A DNA stretch of 63,549 nt, counting the filler, from Octopus bimaculoides (Eukaryota): assembly GCF_001194135.2 (NCBI RefSeq). It is 4 parts of 4 records of this genome, joined end to end, with 100 filler letters (N's around TTAATTAATTAA, not from the genome) between each part and the next. Parts side by side here need not be neighbours in the genome. Positions count along the whole stretch, not along the records: positions 16,840 to 41,359 come from NC_068996.1; 3 more parts are not named here. One strand, written 5' to 3'. The notes beneath the pieces are model-generated. The model was not told the origin of the DNA. It saw only the letters and a list, made by a program, of their open reading frames with translations, and made no database searches. Within the stretch, counting starts at the first letter, position 1, and the number at the start of each line of letters is the position of its first letter. The position numbers and the translations under genes were made by a program. Positions 26,231 to 40,294 of this stretch are shown in pieces.

Positions 26231-27441
26231 TAATAGGAAGATAGATGAATGCTTCGGGGGTGGAGGGTCACCCTTCTTCGTAATGAAACACAGTGTAATG
26301 TATGACCAAGGATTGTTTGTGTAAATAGGGTGAAACATATACTTCAAGGTACTTAAGTTCAAAATCTCCAATTTATCGATTTTCTAGTCAGGTTCACTGA
26401 TATGCAGCTAATAGTATTCCCCCTGTATTAAGAAGGCATCGCAAAAACTGGAGATATTTCTAGGTATGCATTATTATGTTGTTGTTGTCACTATTGTTTA
26501 GTTCCAGATCATCCCTAAAGCAACAAATCCATGATCAAAGGTTACTCCAGTCATGAGCATTCAGTTATTAATTCGTACGTGGTATGTGTGCGTGTGTGTT
26601 CCATTGTGTGTTATTTTCTGTCGCAGTCTTGATTCCTTCCTACTGCGCGGAATCTTCATTCATAGCCTCGATTCGATCTAATACCAAAGTTATGTATCAG
26701 GCAGTGTGCTGGCAGAATCGTTAGCACATCGAACATAATACTTAGCGAAATTTCCTCGAGGCTCTTTACGTTCCGAGTTCGAATTCCGCCGAAGTCGAGT
26801 TTACATTTCTTCTTTTTGAGGGCCGGTAAAATAAGTATCAGTTGAGCACTGGTGTCGATGTAATTTGTCTGACCCTTTCCGCCATGATTTCAACCTTGTG
26901 CCGATAGTAGAAAGAAACTGCTTTGATGGGAATTTTGTTAAGGTCTATCGGATAGGGGTGCAACATGTTTTTGTGTGGCAGACATTCTCAGACATACGGG
27001 TGCCATAAGAGGTGTTGGCCTCAAACCAGGAAATAACTCGATGCTCTAACACATTACTTTCCAAAATGCTGTAACTCATGACAATGCTTCTTTCTCTCAT
27101 TTCCCCTTCACCAGTCTAGGTGGCCTATATAAAGGTCATACAAGACCATACGCGCCATTTTTGCTCTTCTAAGTTCGGTCTTCTCTTACTCTTCTGACAT
27201 TTTATCGTCTAGTTAGGAGAAAAAAAATCAAGAGGAAAGAGCTCTGATTAATAAAGGGCGTGGATGTTAACGCTCAAACCTAAGGTTTGGACACTTGCCC
27301 AAGATGCCACTCAGTAGGACTGAACCCGGAACCATGTGGTTGGTTAGCAAGCTACTTACCATACAGCCACTCCTGCGCCTGTATAATACACACACACACA
27401 CATACAGACACAGACACACACACACACACATNNNNNNNNNN

Positions 27442-27482
<41 letters not shown>

Positions 27483-27749
27483 AAAGAGAAATCGAACTCA
27501 ATACATGAGTCTAAATCATTTTTATTTTCAATCGATAGAAAATTACTCAAGCGCCGATAACCGATAAGTACGTATATTTATATGTATGTATATATATATA
27601 TATTTTCGTTTGTTTCAGTCATTAGACTGCGGCCATGCTGGGGCACCGTCTTGAATATACAACGGAGTGCTGAAAAGTTATGTATGTTTGTATGTATGTA
27701 TGTATGTTCTGGCTATGATTTTATGCTGACTGTAGTAGTGTGATCCAGG

Positions 27750-28240
27750 TTTCGGGAGTTCCAGGAGTTAGATGAGTGAGAAACCCTGAGCTGTTATCAT
27801 AACGTCCTCCTAGGAGAGGAACACTCACATGTAAAGCCTGCTGTTTCACGGGATTATGGGTCATCTCGCTTCGGCTTGTTACTATTTAATAATCAAGAGA
27901 CTTCAGAGAGAGAGAGAGAGAGAGGTACATGTGTTGTACAAACGTTTATCACAATAATCCAATAATGTATAGATGTCTTATAGATGTCTCTTTAGGGTGG
28001 CCTCATTTGTAGCTCCATCTACCGAATGATCCATAGCGATGGATGTGTGGCAACGTGTGCAGACCTAATTACTTGGAATCATACAGTGAGTAACAACTTT
28101 CGTCTGTCACCTATGCTTCAAACAATGCAGATCTGCAACGGGACTGAATGGTAGTCATCTGAGAGGTCATGAGGAGAGATTCTGAAATGCCATTGAAAAT
28201 GAGGAAGCACAAGGAGACAGCTATCATCTGTGAAGATGGA
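27750..28240 (+). mobile_element. Degenerate RTE-like LINE 3' fragment
   Basis: Remnant of GH/RP.TY type 3' coding region; heavily decayed. Confidence 0.4.
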
Positions 28241-28935
28241 GCATTCACGATCTACATACATACATACATACATACATACATACATACATACATACATACA
28301 TACGACGGGATTCCGAACGCTTTCTGTCTACCAAATTCCAGTGACAGTATAAGAGTATATTCATGCTCAAAGCTAGAATTTCTAAATTGGTGTTATCGAA
28401 GCTGTAGTAGTTTTTCACTATATTTAATTCGCTCGTCGCTGTCGTTGCATGAAAAACATAATTCGCAGCAACAGAAGTGTCTACACACACACACATACAC
28501 ACACACACACACACACGTACGCACACACACACACGTACACACACACACACGCACACACATACATGCGCGCGCGCGCACTGAGACAAGTGAAACCCACAGC
28601 TAAAAGGTAACTGTCAATAGGTTTCGTAGTTAAATTGACTGATTTCAATCGACTCGGGCCACAAGAGAGAGAGAGAGAGGGGGGATGAGAGAGAGAGAGA
28701 GAGGGGGGATGAGANNNNNNNNNNNNNNNNNNNNNNNNNNNNNNNNNNNNNNNNNNNNNNNNNNNNNNNNNNNNNNNNNNNNNNNNNNNNNNNNNNNNNN
28801 NNNNNNNNNNNNNNNNNNNNNNNNNNNNNNNNNNNNNNNNNNNNNNNNNNNNNNNNNNNNNNNNNNNNNNNNNNNNNNNNNNNNNNNNNNNNNNNNNNNN
28901 NNNNNNNNNNNNNAGAGAGAGAGAGAGGGGGGGAT

Positions 28936-28969
<34 letters not shown>

Positions 28970-29599
28970 CAGACAGAGACAGAGACAGACAAACAGACAG
29001 ACAGACAGAGGGAGACAGACAGAGAGGCAGGCAGATAGACATACAAACAGAGACAGAGAGAGGAGTGAGAGAAAGAGAAAGAAAAAGAATGAATGAAAAA
29101 AGAAAGAAAGAAAAGAGAGGGGACCTTAAGTGATCTTTTAATCTGTTAGAGATAGCAGCCAGTCTCCATTAACTCGCACCCTATTGTTTTAAAGAAGGAT
29201 AAGTATACAGTGGAGAATGCTATTTTATGTTTACTATATTTGTAATAAATAAATAAAGACATAAAGTAAATGAATAAATAACAAATTACAAAATTAAACA
29301 TGAAGAGTAAAAGTGTCAGTTGGACCAACAACTTTATTGGTGTGCTCGATCCGACCTGATAGAGGGGTTGAACAAGAGCATCAACAACAACAACGACGGC
29401 GACAACAACAACAATCAAAACAACAACAATCACAGCACCAACTATAACAACAATAACAGCAACAACAAGAACGACAGCAGCAATAACAACTGCTACAATA
29501 ACAACAACACCAACGACAAAAACACTAACAAGAACAACAATAACATCAACAATAATAAGGACAACAACAACAACATCAGCAGCAGGAAAGACTACCACC

Positions 29600-29631
<32 letters not shown>

Positions 29632-29739
29632 CAACAACGTCAACAACAATTTTCCTCAAATCCACTCCTTAAGACAACCAAACTTCATGGCGCCGACAAA
29701 CATGTTGAGGTTTTATTTTTACGTTTGTTGCTGACGCAG

Positions 29740-29802
29740 GAACAAATATGGCTGGGTAACATGAACATGAATAATTCGCTAAATGTCTCAGGTGCCATTA
29801 GA
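29740..29802 (+). CDS. Candidate exon of an unidentified plus-strand gene (U2)
   Basis: ttttacgtttgttgctgacgcag acceptor, gtgagt donor, 63 nt: EQIWLGNMNMNNSLNVSGAIR, phase 0 to 0. Confidence 0.45.
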
Positions 29803-29923
29803 GTGAGTGAGATGTGGGTAGATATAGATACTCGCTCGGTTCTTCCACCCGTTTGATCCAGCGGCACATCCAGAATGCGTCAGCTACGAGATAGATAGAA
29901 CGATAGATAGATAGATGGAGAGA

Positions 29924-29964
<41 letters not shown>

Positions 29965-30382
29965 AACCACGTGTTGTTCATTTACATCTGGAACAAAGGG
30001 AAATGATTCTTTCTACTGGAAGCACAAAACCTCAAATTTGGGGAAAGGATGGAAGGCAAAGTCGATCTCGGTGGAATTTGAACTCAGAACGTAAAGACAG
30101 ACGGCACACCATTAAACATTTCCCCCCAGCGTGCTAACAATTCTGCCAGCTCGCCGCCTTAAAATAATGGTTTCAAATTTTGCCACAAGGGCAGCAATTT
30201 TGGGGAAGGGGTTAAGTCGATTACATTTAACCAGCTTATATCTGGTACTTATTTTATTGACCCCGAAAGAATGAAAGGTAAAGTCGACCTCAGCAGAATT
30301 TGAACTCAGAACGTAGTGATGGGCAAAATACCATTAAGCATTTCATCCAGCGTGCTAATGATTCTGCCAGCTCACTGCTTTC

Positions 30383-30426
<44 letters not shown>

Positions 30427-31725
30427 TTTTGCTACATGACAACTTGTGGGAAGGGATTAAGTCGATTACATCAAGCCCAGTGCGTAACTGCTACTTATTT
30501 AATCGACCCCGAAAGGATGAAAGGCAAAGACGACCTTGGCAGAATTTGAACTCAGAACGTAGTGGCAAACGAAATACCACTAAGCATTTCGCCCCACGCG
30601 CTAACGATTCTACCAGCCTGCTGCCTTAGAGTAACGGGAAATAATGAAGTGTCTTGCTGAAAGATACAACGCATCGGCCTGTCCAGGAAACTGACTCCCT
30701 GATATTATGATGGTGAAGCGAACACCTCAACTGTTAGGTTACGTGCCTTCACCTTTCTATAATAAAAACTTCAGGTGTAAAGTGAGCTAAAAAAGAAACT
30801 TTACACCGTTGAAAGTTGTGTAATTAATTTTAATTAGAAGTTAAAAATAAAAATGGACGAAAATGTCTCTAAAGCTATAACGTAAAAGACGGTTTTGCTT
30901 ATTTTAATAACGGCTTCAAACTCTGGCACAAGATCAGTAATTTCTGAAGAAGAGTTGAGTCAATTCCACCGATACCAGTACTCAAGTGATACTTATTTAA
31001 TCGACCTCGTAAGGATGAAAGACAAAATCGACCTTGGCGGAATCTGAACTCAGAACAATTCTACCGATTCATTGCCCAAGATTGTTACTTTATCAAAGAC
31101 AAAGTTGACCGAGTCAGAATTCAAACTTTGAACGTAAAACGAAATACTGTAAGACATCTTGTCTGATGCAATACGACTAAGATTTATGATATTTATGTTT
31201 TGCTAAAACTTGCACTGCTTTACCTTTTTTGCGATATGCATGACACTGTGTTGGAGCTCTACTCTTTTTAAGTAAGAACTATCTCGAGTCTTGGGCTGGT
31301 TACCCGGTTTCTATGGGGTATAAGTGACCGAGATCGCAACACTCCCTCTGGTTAGGATACCAGTTCATCGCAGAGTTTCTCATTCACAGCAGAGTGGAGT
31401 GAAAAGATTTGCTCAAGAACACAATGTTGCGCCCGGTTCGGGAATCAAAAAATCGATTTTGTGATCCGTGAGTTCTACACCCTAACCACAAAGTCACGCG
31501 CCTTTACTATTCCATCCCGGTTAATAAACGAAACAAAATAGTCTTCAAACAATTCTTCATAGGATCCACGATGTTACTGCTGTCTGGTAGATTCGACATA
31601 TATATCACTCCATACATGTAAGCTAGCTTGTAAACAAACAATGCTTATTTTCACAATGATCGACCCTGTCAAGAAACTGGCTCTCGAATTTGATTGGACA
31701 TTATCTAGAAGAACACGTTTCGTGT

Positions 31726-31824
<99 letters not shown>

Positions 31825-32100
31825 CATATGTGTGCGTGCGCTATACTGGGTGTGGGACAAGTATTATCTGAAGGTCTGGCTTGACCTTGTAATTCTAACG
31901 GTAAGACCAGATTTGTTTATGCAACATCTTAAACGATTTTCCATCTATTAACCGTAATATGGTACGTCGATATAGATCCGGTTTTTCTTGTTTTTCTTCT
32001 TGTCTTCGTCTCTTTTTCCTTTCTTTTCTCTTTCTTTCTTTCTTTTTTCTCTATTTCTTACCCTCACACCATTTCTGTCTCTTTCTCTTCTTCACTGCAG

Positions 32101-32324
32101 TTACTCCCTGCCGGTGTCAGCCTGGTTGACGCCAGGTGTTCTAGGACTACACCTATCTCTGATGCTTTTCACCTGACAAACATTGTAGATGGTTTCCGAT
32201 GTCTGTCTGGTCTCTACCATTTTCCTCCTTGTGACATACACTTTTCACAAAACGCAGATCATAGACTTGAGTGGACAGTATCTCTCCAAAATTTTTCCTT
32301 TTCAGAACTTGCTTGTATAGCAAG
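32101..32324 (+). CDS. Candidate exon of gene U2
   Basis: Long pyrimidine tract then ctgcag, gtgaat donor, 224 nt open: LLPAGVSLVDARCSRTTPISDAFHLTNIVDGFRCLSGLYHFPPCDIHFSQNADHRLEWTVSLQNFSFSELACIA. A competing minus-strand model overlaps it. Confidence 0.45.
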
Positions 32325-34065
32325 GTGAATTCGTTCCTTGTAACATAATATTTTAAGCTATGTGTTTATGAAAACTTCCGATAGGAAAACATAAATGTCC
32401 TCCGCTTTTTCTTTCAAATATAGGTATCAAATATAGTCTTCCAGTTAACCAATCTCGACCAATAAGAACCAACCTAACCTATGGTCCTCAAATATATTTT
32501 CTTCCTCAAGCATAGATGTTTTTCGTCACGTCTTTTCTCAAAGATCTGAGTTTTAGCTCATCCTGAAGGGAAAGATGCAGTGAATTTTTGAACAGGCTTC
32601 GAGAACTTTTGACAACTAAGAGGCAGCGAGCTGTCAGAATCGTTAGCAGGTTGGGCAAAATGCCTAATGGCATTTCGTCCGTCTTTACGTTCTGAGTTCG
32701 AATTCCGCCGAAGTCGACTTTGCCTTTCATCCTTTCAGAGTCGGTAAAATAAGTACCAGTTGAGAACTGGGGTCAATGTAACCGTCTTATCCCCTCCCCT
32801 GAAATAGTTGGCCTTGTGCCAAAATTTGAAACCGTTATCGATGTTGAGGGAGGAGGGAGGACTTATCTTTGGAATTGGTCAGATTGACATAGTCCACAAA
32901 AGTTGCTCACAGACTCTCCCTGCTAAGGTGAAATGGAAGAAAGAAGCTGGTTNNNNNNNNNNNNNNNNNNNNNNNNNNNNNNNNNNNNNNNNNNNNNNNN
33001 NNNNNNNNNNNNNNNNNNNNNNNNNNNNNNNNNNNNNNNNNNNNNNNNNNNNNNNNNNNNNNNNNNNNNNNNNNNNNNNNNNNNNNNNNNNNNNNNNNNN
33101 NNNNNNNNNNNNNNNNNNNNNNNNNNNNNNNNNNNNNNNNNNNNNNNNNNNNNNNNNNNNNNNNNNNNNNNNNNNNNNNNNNNNNNNNNNNNNNNNNNNN
33201 NNNNNNNNNNNNNNNNNNNNNNNNNNNNNNNNNNNNNNNNNNNNNNNNNNNNNNNNNNNNNNNNNNNNNNNNNNNNNNNNNNNNNNNNNNNNNNNNNNNN
33301 NNNNNNNNNNNNNNNNNNNNNNNNNNNNNNNNNNNNNNNNNNNNNNNNNNNNNNNNNNNNNACATACATACATACATACATACATACATACATACACACA
33401 CAGACATACATACATACATACACACACATACTTACATACATACACACATACATACATACATACATACATACATACATACATACATCAGAAGACACTTGTC
33501 CAAGGTGTAAACCCACTTATGTCAAAATTTTACGTTTTTTTTTATCAAGTTGGTAAGATTGAATTCGAACTTCTCAAGTTCCATTTATGGAATGATTTCT
33601 TATTCTGAATTCCAGTTTATTTGCTGGTGTACCAATAAATCGTTTATCGTATTAGAAGGCTCTCTGTCACGTGCACTTATTTGCATTTTCATGTTTTTTT
33701 TATTATTTCAGTATAGAACTCCTGAAATTATGTTTCTACATTTTTAAAAGGATAAAGTGTGAAACCTCTCCATCTTTAAATGTTTGCTGTAAGTTAGGTA
33801 CAAGGTCGTATATACGTTTATATTGCTAATGAAGAAAAAAAAAACTACATTATGACGAGTTTAAAAGTTTCAGAAAATAACTAAAATGCACTCTACTTCT
33901 AATTTTGCACACTCGATCAGATACTTCTAAGTAACTTGAACCATTTGGAAGAGGTGTGTTTAAGGATATAGGTTAGGTTTATTCTCATTGGTTGAAGTCT
34001 GTTAGCTAAGAGACAATACTTCTGCTAAAGGAAGGCGGCGAGCTGGCAGAAACGTTAGCACGATT

Positions 34066-35050
34066 CAGTATGGATTCAGGACATCCGTACACCGCAAGCC
34101 GACCTTTACTGGACGATACCTCAACTTCAATTCCCACCATCCATACAGTGTAAAGAGAGGGATTGCTCAGTGCCTAAAAGATCGAGCAAAGAATACAAGT
34201 AGCGATCATGATAAACACCACGAAGAAATGATCAAGCACAATAACGATCTGTTAAGCAACAACTACCCCAAAAGTATACTATCCACTCCAATTAAGAAGA
34301 AAAGAGAGGATGAGGCCAATAAACTGTCCACAGTCTGTCTACTCTATGTTGAAAGGTCTCTCCGAAAAGATACAAAAGATATGCGGCCCATATGACATCA
34401 GGACAGTATTCAAGAGCAATACAACACTTCGCAAATATTTCCTTTGGGGGTAAAACCACTAATAGAAGAGAATATGACCAAAGACTGCGTGTATTCCATC
34501 CCATGCAGCTGTGGTAGGTTATACAAAGGCGAAACATGTCGCCCCCTCAAAATAAGGGTAGACGAACATCGCATAGCTGTGACACAAGGAGAAATTGATA
34601 AATCGGGTATAGTTGATCGTGTATGGAAAAATGGAGACCACCTCCCCCTGTGGGGTGAAGTTAAAATAATAGACTGGAAAATACGAAAACTAAAAGAAGC
34701 AGCACATATGCTAGGGCACAACAACCTCCTAAGCAGACCAAGATCAGATATGAACAGCATATGGGAACCGGTATTAAGGAAGGATAGGTGAATATTAGAT
34801 TTATAAGTCCTAAAATTTACTCTGTAATTGCCCATGGGCATATGGTGTAGTGGTTAAGAGCGCGGGCTACTAACCCCAAGATTCCGAGTGACCTGAACAA
34901 TTACAATAATAATAATAATAATAATAACATCGAAAAATACCTTAGGAATGAGAACGAACCCAAGTTCGAAATTTCCCCAAGACACCTGAAGAAACGTTGT
35001 TAATAACAAAGAAGATGAGGACAAATATCCATCGAATGAAAATAATGTAA
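34066..35050 (+). mobile_element. Penelope-like element, 5'-truncated (RT C-terminus + GIY-YIG endonuclease + terminal repeat)
   Basis: RKPTFTGRYLNFNSHHPYSVKRGI (PLE thumb) followed by VYSIPCSCGRLYKGETCRPLKIRVDEH (GIY-YIG type); frameshifted. Confidence 0.85.
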
Positions 35051-35203
35051 ATATTCTATTAGACTCCTATGTAAAAAGAAATTCAATCGACTGGCCTCCT
35101 CCCCAAATATTTCGGGCCTTGTGCCTAGACGACAACATTTCTACTAATGGGTTTAGCTACTATAGTGTAATGGAAAATGCTTAGATTAAACGTCTGTTGC
35201 CAG

Positions 35204-35303
35204 TGACAACTGGTTTGCCAAGTCATTAGCATATCAGTTGGCAATGGAATGGTGGACGGATGTTGGTTCATCACACGGGTTTGTCTCTACTGGGAACAAA
35301 TAG
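35204..35303 (+). CDS. Candidate terminal exon of gene U2
   Basis: tctgttgccag acceptor, phase 2: DNWFAKSLAYQLAMEWWTDVGSSHGFVSTGNK-stop. Alternative model uses 35230-35336 plus 35419-35462. Confidence 0.25.
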
Positions 35304-36629
35304 ATAATGTTTCCGATCTTTTGTTCGACATTGTTGGTAAACAGAGGATCTGGAATATTTCCCTGAAACAAAATAAACAGTTTCGTGCTATACTGTAATA
35401 CTGAATAAGTTTTTTCAGGACGTTCCAAGTTATTCGAGTATGTTCAGACCTGTACTCCATGAATTTCTATACGGTTTGGAAGAAAGAAGTTCACTTCTTC
35501 TTTACCGTTCTATACAAGTGTACATACTTGTAGAATCGGTTCCCAAAGGTATTTGTGGTGTGTCCGGTATAATTTCTCTCAATTCTGTCAGAGAATCTTT
35601 TTGTTACTTTAAACACCACCGCTTTAATAAGATACTAATCCTATAATTGGGCTGATTAAGGCTTCCTGTAGTTACAAATTGGTTGATGTTGAAGGGGGCT
35701 ATCTAGGTGTATCTCTTAGGTTTCGCTGTGAAATCTAGGAAGTAATATTATTCGGTCATAAATAACTGATTTCAGTTATTAATGTTGAAAAATTGTTGTA
35801 ATACGGAGGTCGTTTTGCTAAGAATAATATGTTTCAGGCTATGTAAAAGAAGGAATAGAAAAACAACAAAAGCAACAAAAACAAGAATAATAGTTAATGA
35901 AGATGACGGCGACGATGACGACGACGACGACGACGACGACGATGATCATGATGATGACGATAATGATGATGACGGTAATGATGATGACGATGAAGGTGAT
36001 ATTGTTGATATAGTGATGATGATGATGATGATGATGATGATGACGACGATGTCTTCTTTATTGTTACTTTAGAATATTTCTGTATGATTAATTCTGTTTT
36101 GTTTTTGCGTGTTTTGTGGAATTTTCTAAAATTATTTAGTCTTGGAGAATATTTATTTTGATTGTAAACATTCTGTATTGTTTTGTCAGAGTCAACTTTA
36201 GTTTATATGCATTCTCTGAGAATATAAAAAAAAACTTATAGGTACTCCTACTCCCTCCATCTCTCTCCTTTGCTCTCCCTCCCTCTCTCTCTTTCTCTCT
36301 TAGTCTAGCGCCCACAAACATATAGACACAATTACACATATATAAACACGTACATTTGTACACACACACATATATGACACACATCCATATTTATAGTAAA
36401 GGATAAAGAAAAAACAATATGCACATATATAAATATATACAAAATATAATAACAAAGTAATACAAGGGCAACGAAGACATTTTGTAATTGTTTGACGCCA
36501 GGGAGAGAAAAAAAAAGAATTTCCTTTTTTTATATTTTGGACTTAATGATCCTTCATCGGAAAAGAAAAGAAAAAGAAAGGAAGAGAGTAAAACAAAGAA
36601 AGTCAAAAAGGTTGAGACGAATTACTCAC

Positions 36630-36687
36630 GGTGTGTATTTTTTACGACTGCGCCAATAAAATAAGTGCAGTAGACAAATACTGGAGC
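36630..36687 (-). CDS. Candidate exon encoding a hydrophobic segment
   Basis: aaacag acceptor, gtgagt donor: APVFVYCTYFIGAVVKNTH. In phase with 35271-35362 (RKYSRSSVYQQCRTKDRKHYLFVPSRDKPV-stop), which has a strong tttattttgtttcag acceptor. Confidence 0.25.
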
Positions 36688-36730
36688 CTGTTTAATCTAA
36701 ATTTGAAGCGTTTGTACCTATGTCATAAAC

Positions 36731-37027
36731 CAGAGGTTCTCAAACTTTTTTGGGCCACATAATACCCTCAGCGCCGCCACCCCTATTTTTATGTATAAAT
36801 AAATATTTCATATTTTACTAATTTATATATACTATGAATCATTTGATATTTAATATAATGTTATATAATTTGTATACAATATTATAATAAATTCATCGCA
36901 TCCTCAATCCACTGCCTTCCTCCCAACGCCTCCTTTTTCTTTACCGCTCCTTCTCCCCGTCCCCTAAGGCACCAGCACCGTCTCAACGCCCACCAGTGGG
37001 TGGTAGCACCCACTTTGAGAACCTGTG
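36731..37027. mobile_element. hAT-type MITE
   Basis: TIR cagaggttctcaaa / tttgagaacctgtg; perfect 8-bp TSD tcataaac. Confidence 0.85.
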
Positions 37028-38139
37028 TCATAAACCAACAATAGATTAGTTACAATGATGATCACCGCACCATAATAGTCTAGAATTAAGTTTCGATTTC
37101 CAGGTTGAGATATTTGGTTCCACGAAACCCGGAAAGCTTTTGGAATATCCTTTTTTATCTTATCATCCCACCACAGACTTATCATCAATTTCATTTAATC
37201 TTGAGGGTCTTCCTGTGTTCACATCCCGCAAATCAAGTTTGTTTCGTTTGTAATCAGTACTTGGAGATACCAGTAATAAACTGCAAGCAATTAATTGCAT
37301 TTACTATACACCCTCTCCCTTTATTGCACGCTTTTTTCATGCTTTGTTATAAGCTTATTCCCTTTATTGAAAACAATTGTTATTGCTATTGCTGGCCTTG
37401 TACCCAACTAGAAAGAAANNNNNNNNNNNNNNNNNNNNNNNNNNNNNNNNNNNNNNNNNNNNNNNNNNNNNNNNNNNNNNNNNNNNNNNNNNNNNNNNNN
37501 NNNNNNNNNNNNNNNNNNNNNNNNNNNNNNNNNNNNNNNNNNNNNNNNNNNNNNNNNNNNNNNNNNNNNNNNNNNNNNNNNNNNNNNNNNNNNNNNNNNN
37601 NNNNNNNNNNNNNNNNNNNNNNNNNNNNNNNNNNNNNNNNNNNNNNNNNNNNNNNNNNNNNNNNNNNNNNNNNNNNNNNNNNNNNNNNNNNNNNNNNNNN
37701 NNNNNNNNNNNNNNNNNNNNNNNNNNNNNNNNNNNNNNNNNNNNNNNNNNNNNNNNNNNNNNNNNNNNNNNNNNNNNNNNNNNNNNNNNNNNNNNNNNNN
37801 NNNNNTTATTATTATTATTATTATTATTATTATCATTGTAAGGAAATTCTAAAAACGATAAAACGTTTTTATCGTATAATGTTAAGTTAAACATATTTCT
37901 TTATTTTGGCACTGCGGCCATTCACACAGAAGGGACAGCAGCACAAGGACAGACAGAACATCACAGTGGAGACAAAAAACATAAAACGAATGAACATGAA
38001 AAAAAAAATGTAAAATGAAATCGATGGAATGGCTGCATTGAACCCCACTCTCAATCAGTACCATTTAATTGTTAATTTATACAATTATTGAAGTTTTCTT
38101 ATATTTTTGCATCCTTTTTTTTTTTCATTTTTTACAAAG

Positions 38140-39010
38140 TCTATTTCCTTCTTTTTTCCTTTCTATTTTCCTTTTTCCTTTCTATTTTCCTTTTTCCTTT
38201 CTATTTTCCTTTTTCCTTTCTATTTTCCTTTTTCCTTTTTAAAGGATTTCCTTATTACCAGTGATTAAAGGTATTAACTCCTCCTATTCAACTACTTTTG
38301 GTAGTTCCTCAAATTCAATTTCTTTCCCCAAAAGTGTTCACATCTCCAAATAGTTCTGTACCATTCTTTGTTAATCACCACACCTTTGATGTGTTCCGGG
38401 AAACTCTCTGCTGGCATTTTAATTCTTATAGCATCTTTGAATTTCGTTATTTTCCGCTCTATGTCGGTACTTTTCACATATGTGACCACATGCCACTTTT
38501 TCTTATTCGCATTTATTTGTTTATGCTCTGGACCTGGGCTGTCCGGGCTATTCGTTTCCCTTAATTCCTCCGTCTGTACATAACCATAATCGTCCATGCC
38601 TTGTGAGTTTGTCCCGAACAGGTAAGGCTCCTCGGTAACACTGCCATGCCACAGACTTCTGAAAGTTGTCCAGGGTCTTCAACCCGAATGTACATTGGAA
38701 CAGACTAGCCAGCTGATTATCATCGATACCTAGGGCTTCAAACCCCATTATAAGGGCTGCGCATAACCAGGTAACGTCTATTTCTGGCAGGATCTCGTCG
38801 ACTGTTATGCGAGGCGTGCGTCTGTCGAGATAAGTTAGCAGCAACACGATATCTGCTGTTTTTAATGGTCTTTCTTCGCTTTTGAAGTAGACCACAATGG
38901 TCGTGTATCTTTTTCCCCTGGTCAGGAACTATGAAGTTAGATTTTATGAAATCCAAATTTTCGGAATCCATGTTTTTTGAAAACTAAATTTGTGAGGCTA
39001 GGATTTAGGT
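38140..39010 (-). mobile_element. L1/Tx1-clade LINE 3' fragment with repeat tail
   Basis: AWQCYRGALPVRDKLTRHG (zf-RVT region) in ORF 38548-38895; A-rich 19-bp tandem tail (ctattttcctttttccttt on +) at about 38141-38240. Confidence 0.75.
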
Positions 39011-39432
39011 GAGGCCAATTTGGGTGAAACCAAAATTTGTGAATCCAGAGTTACGAATCCAAGTTTGTGAAATCAAGTTGAAGCCGAGTTTCTGACTCCG
39101 AATTTCTGAACTATATATATATATATATATNNNNNNNNNNNNNNNNNNNNNNNNNNNNNNNNNNNNNNNNNNNNNNNNNNNNNNNNNNNNNNNNNNNNNN
39201 NNNNNNNNNNNNNNNNNNNNNNNNNATTACATTTATAAATATTTTGACTGCACATCTAGTGTAGCTTTAATTTACTTTTGTTCGTATGTATTAATTTTGT
39301 ATATAGGCTGTTTTTTTTTATGCTGACACTTAATTGTCAATATTTTACAAAAAACTTCATGGTGTGTTGTTGTTTTGGGTTCACCCATTCTCGTTAGTTC
39401 TGTAAATTCGAGTTATGGCAACCAGGTCGTAA

Positions 39433-39513
<81 letters not shown>

Positions 39514-40294
39514 CATCATTTCTTTCTTTTTATCACAGGTTTTGTTGTAACTCCTGGTGTCTTGCATGCGTAGCAGACTTACTACCAACACCCTACTTGC
39601 TATCTGTTCTTTTCAACTAATACTTCCCTGGTTATTCTAGCCGTGCCAAAGAGGCAAACCTTTTGTAACAACTCTACTGGGCACTCTGTTCCGATTTCCT
39701 TTAGCCTCGATACCTTCTGATATTGTCTTCAAGGACCCAACTATAATCTTGACCGTCTTCATTTTCCGTGGCCGGGCTATTTCGTACTTAAGAGGATTGT
39801 ACATATCTATTTTTTAGACTTTCTTCTTGACCTTTCGTGAGTCAGAGAGGCACGAAACATCAGCAATTATCATCGACATCATTATTATTATTATTGAGTG
39901 AGAGAGCAATGCATGCCATCAGAATGACACTGGAGTACAAATATACAAAGCCCAATATACCCATAATGACTACCTGTTTGATAAGGGTACACCAGGCACA
40001 TGCATCATAACCATATGTGTGTGACATGGTGATCTTATATCAAGATAATCAATGCATGATCTTACAGGTGGGGCCCAGCTAGAATTTTCTTCAGGTCGAG
40101 TAGCCCATCCAGCTCAAAGGTTTAAGGATGTTGAATAAGGTTTGTTTAAGGATGATGAACAAATTAGCCATGTTTCCAAGGATGAATTATTCAACCCCCA
40201 AAGAAATCCTCTCAACACATGGCTATGATGCTCCCCACTACTTCTGCTCATGATCAGAGATGCACATATCGTCAGCCACCATCATTATTATTAT

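Noticed and set aside
27170-27210. RRVRE peptide on - as the missing GMPS 5' exon
   Set aside because: Stops flank it and neighbouring residues do not match DAGAQYGKVID or the following GMPS sequence.
29320-29856. 178-aa Asn/His/Gln-rich ORF
   Set aside because: Mostly (AAC)n/(CAC)n repeat; only 29740-29802 has splice support.
35440-35720. Penelope RT remnant on - (PRF..PK.IH, DSTSMYT-like)
   Set aside because: Motif match too loose and overlaps competing exon models.
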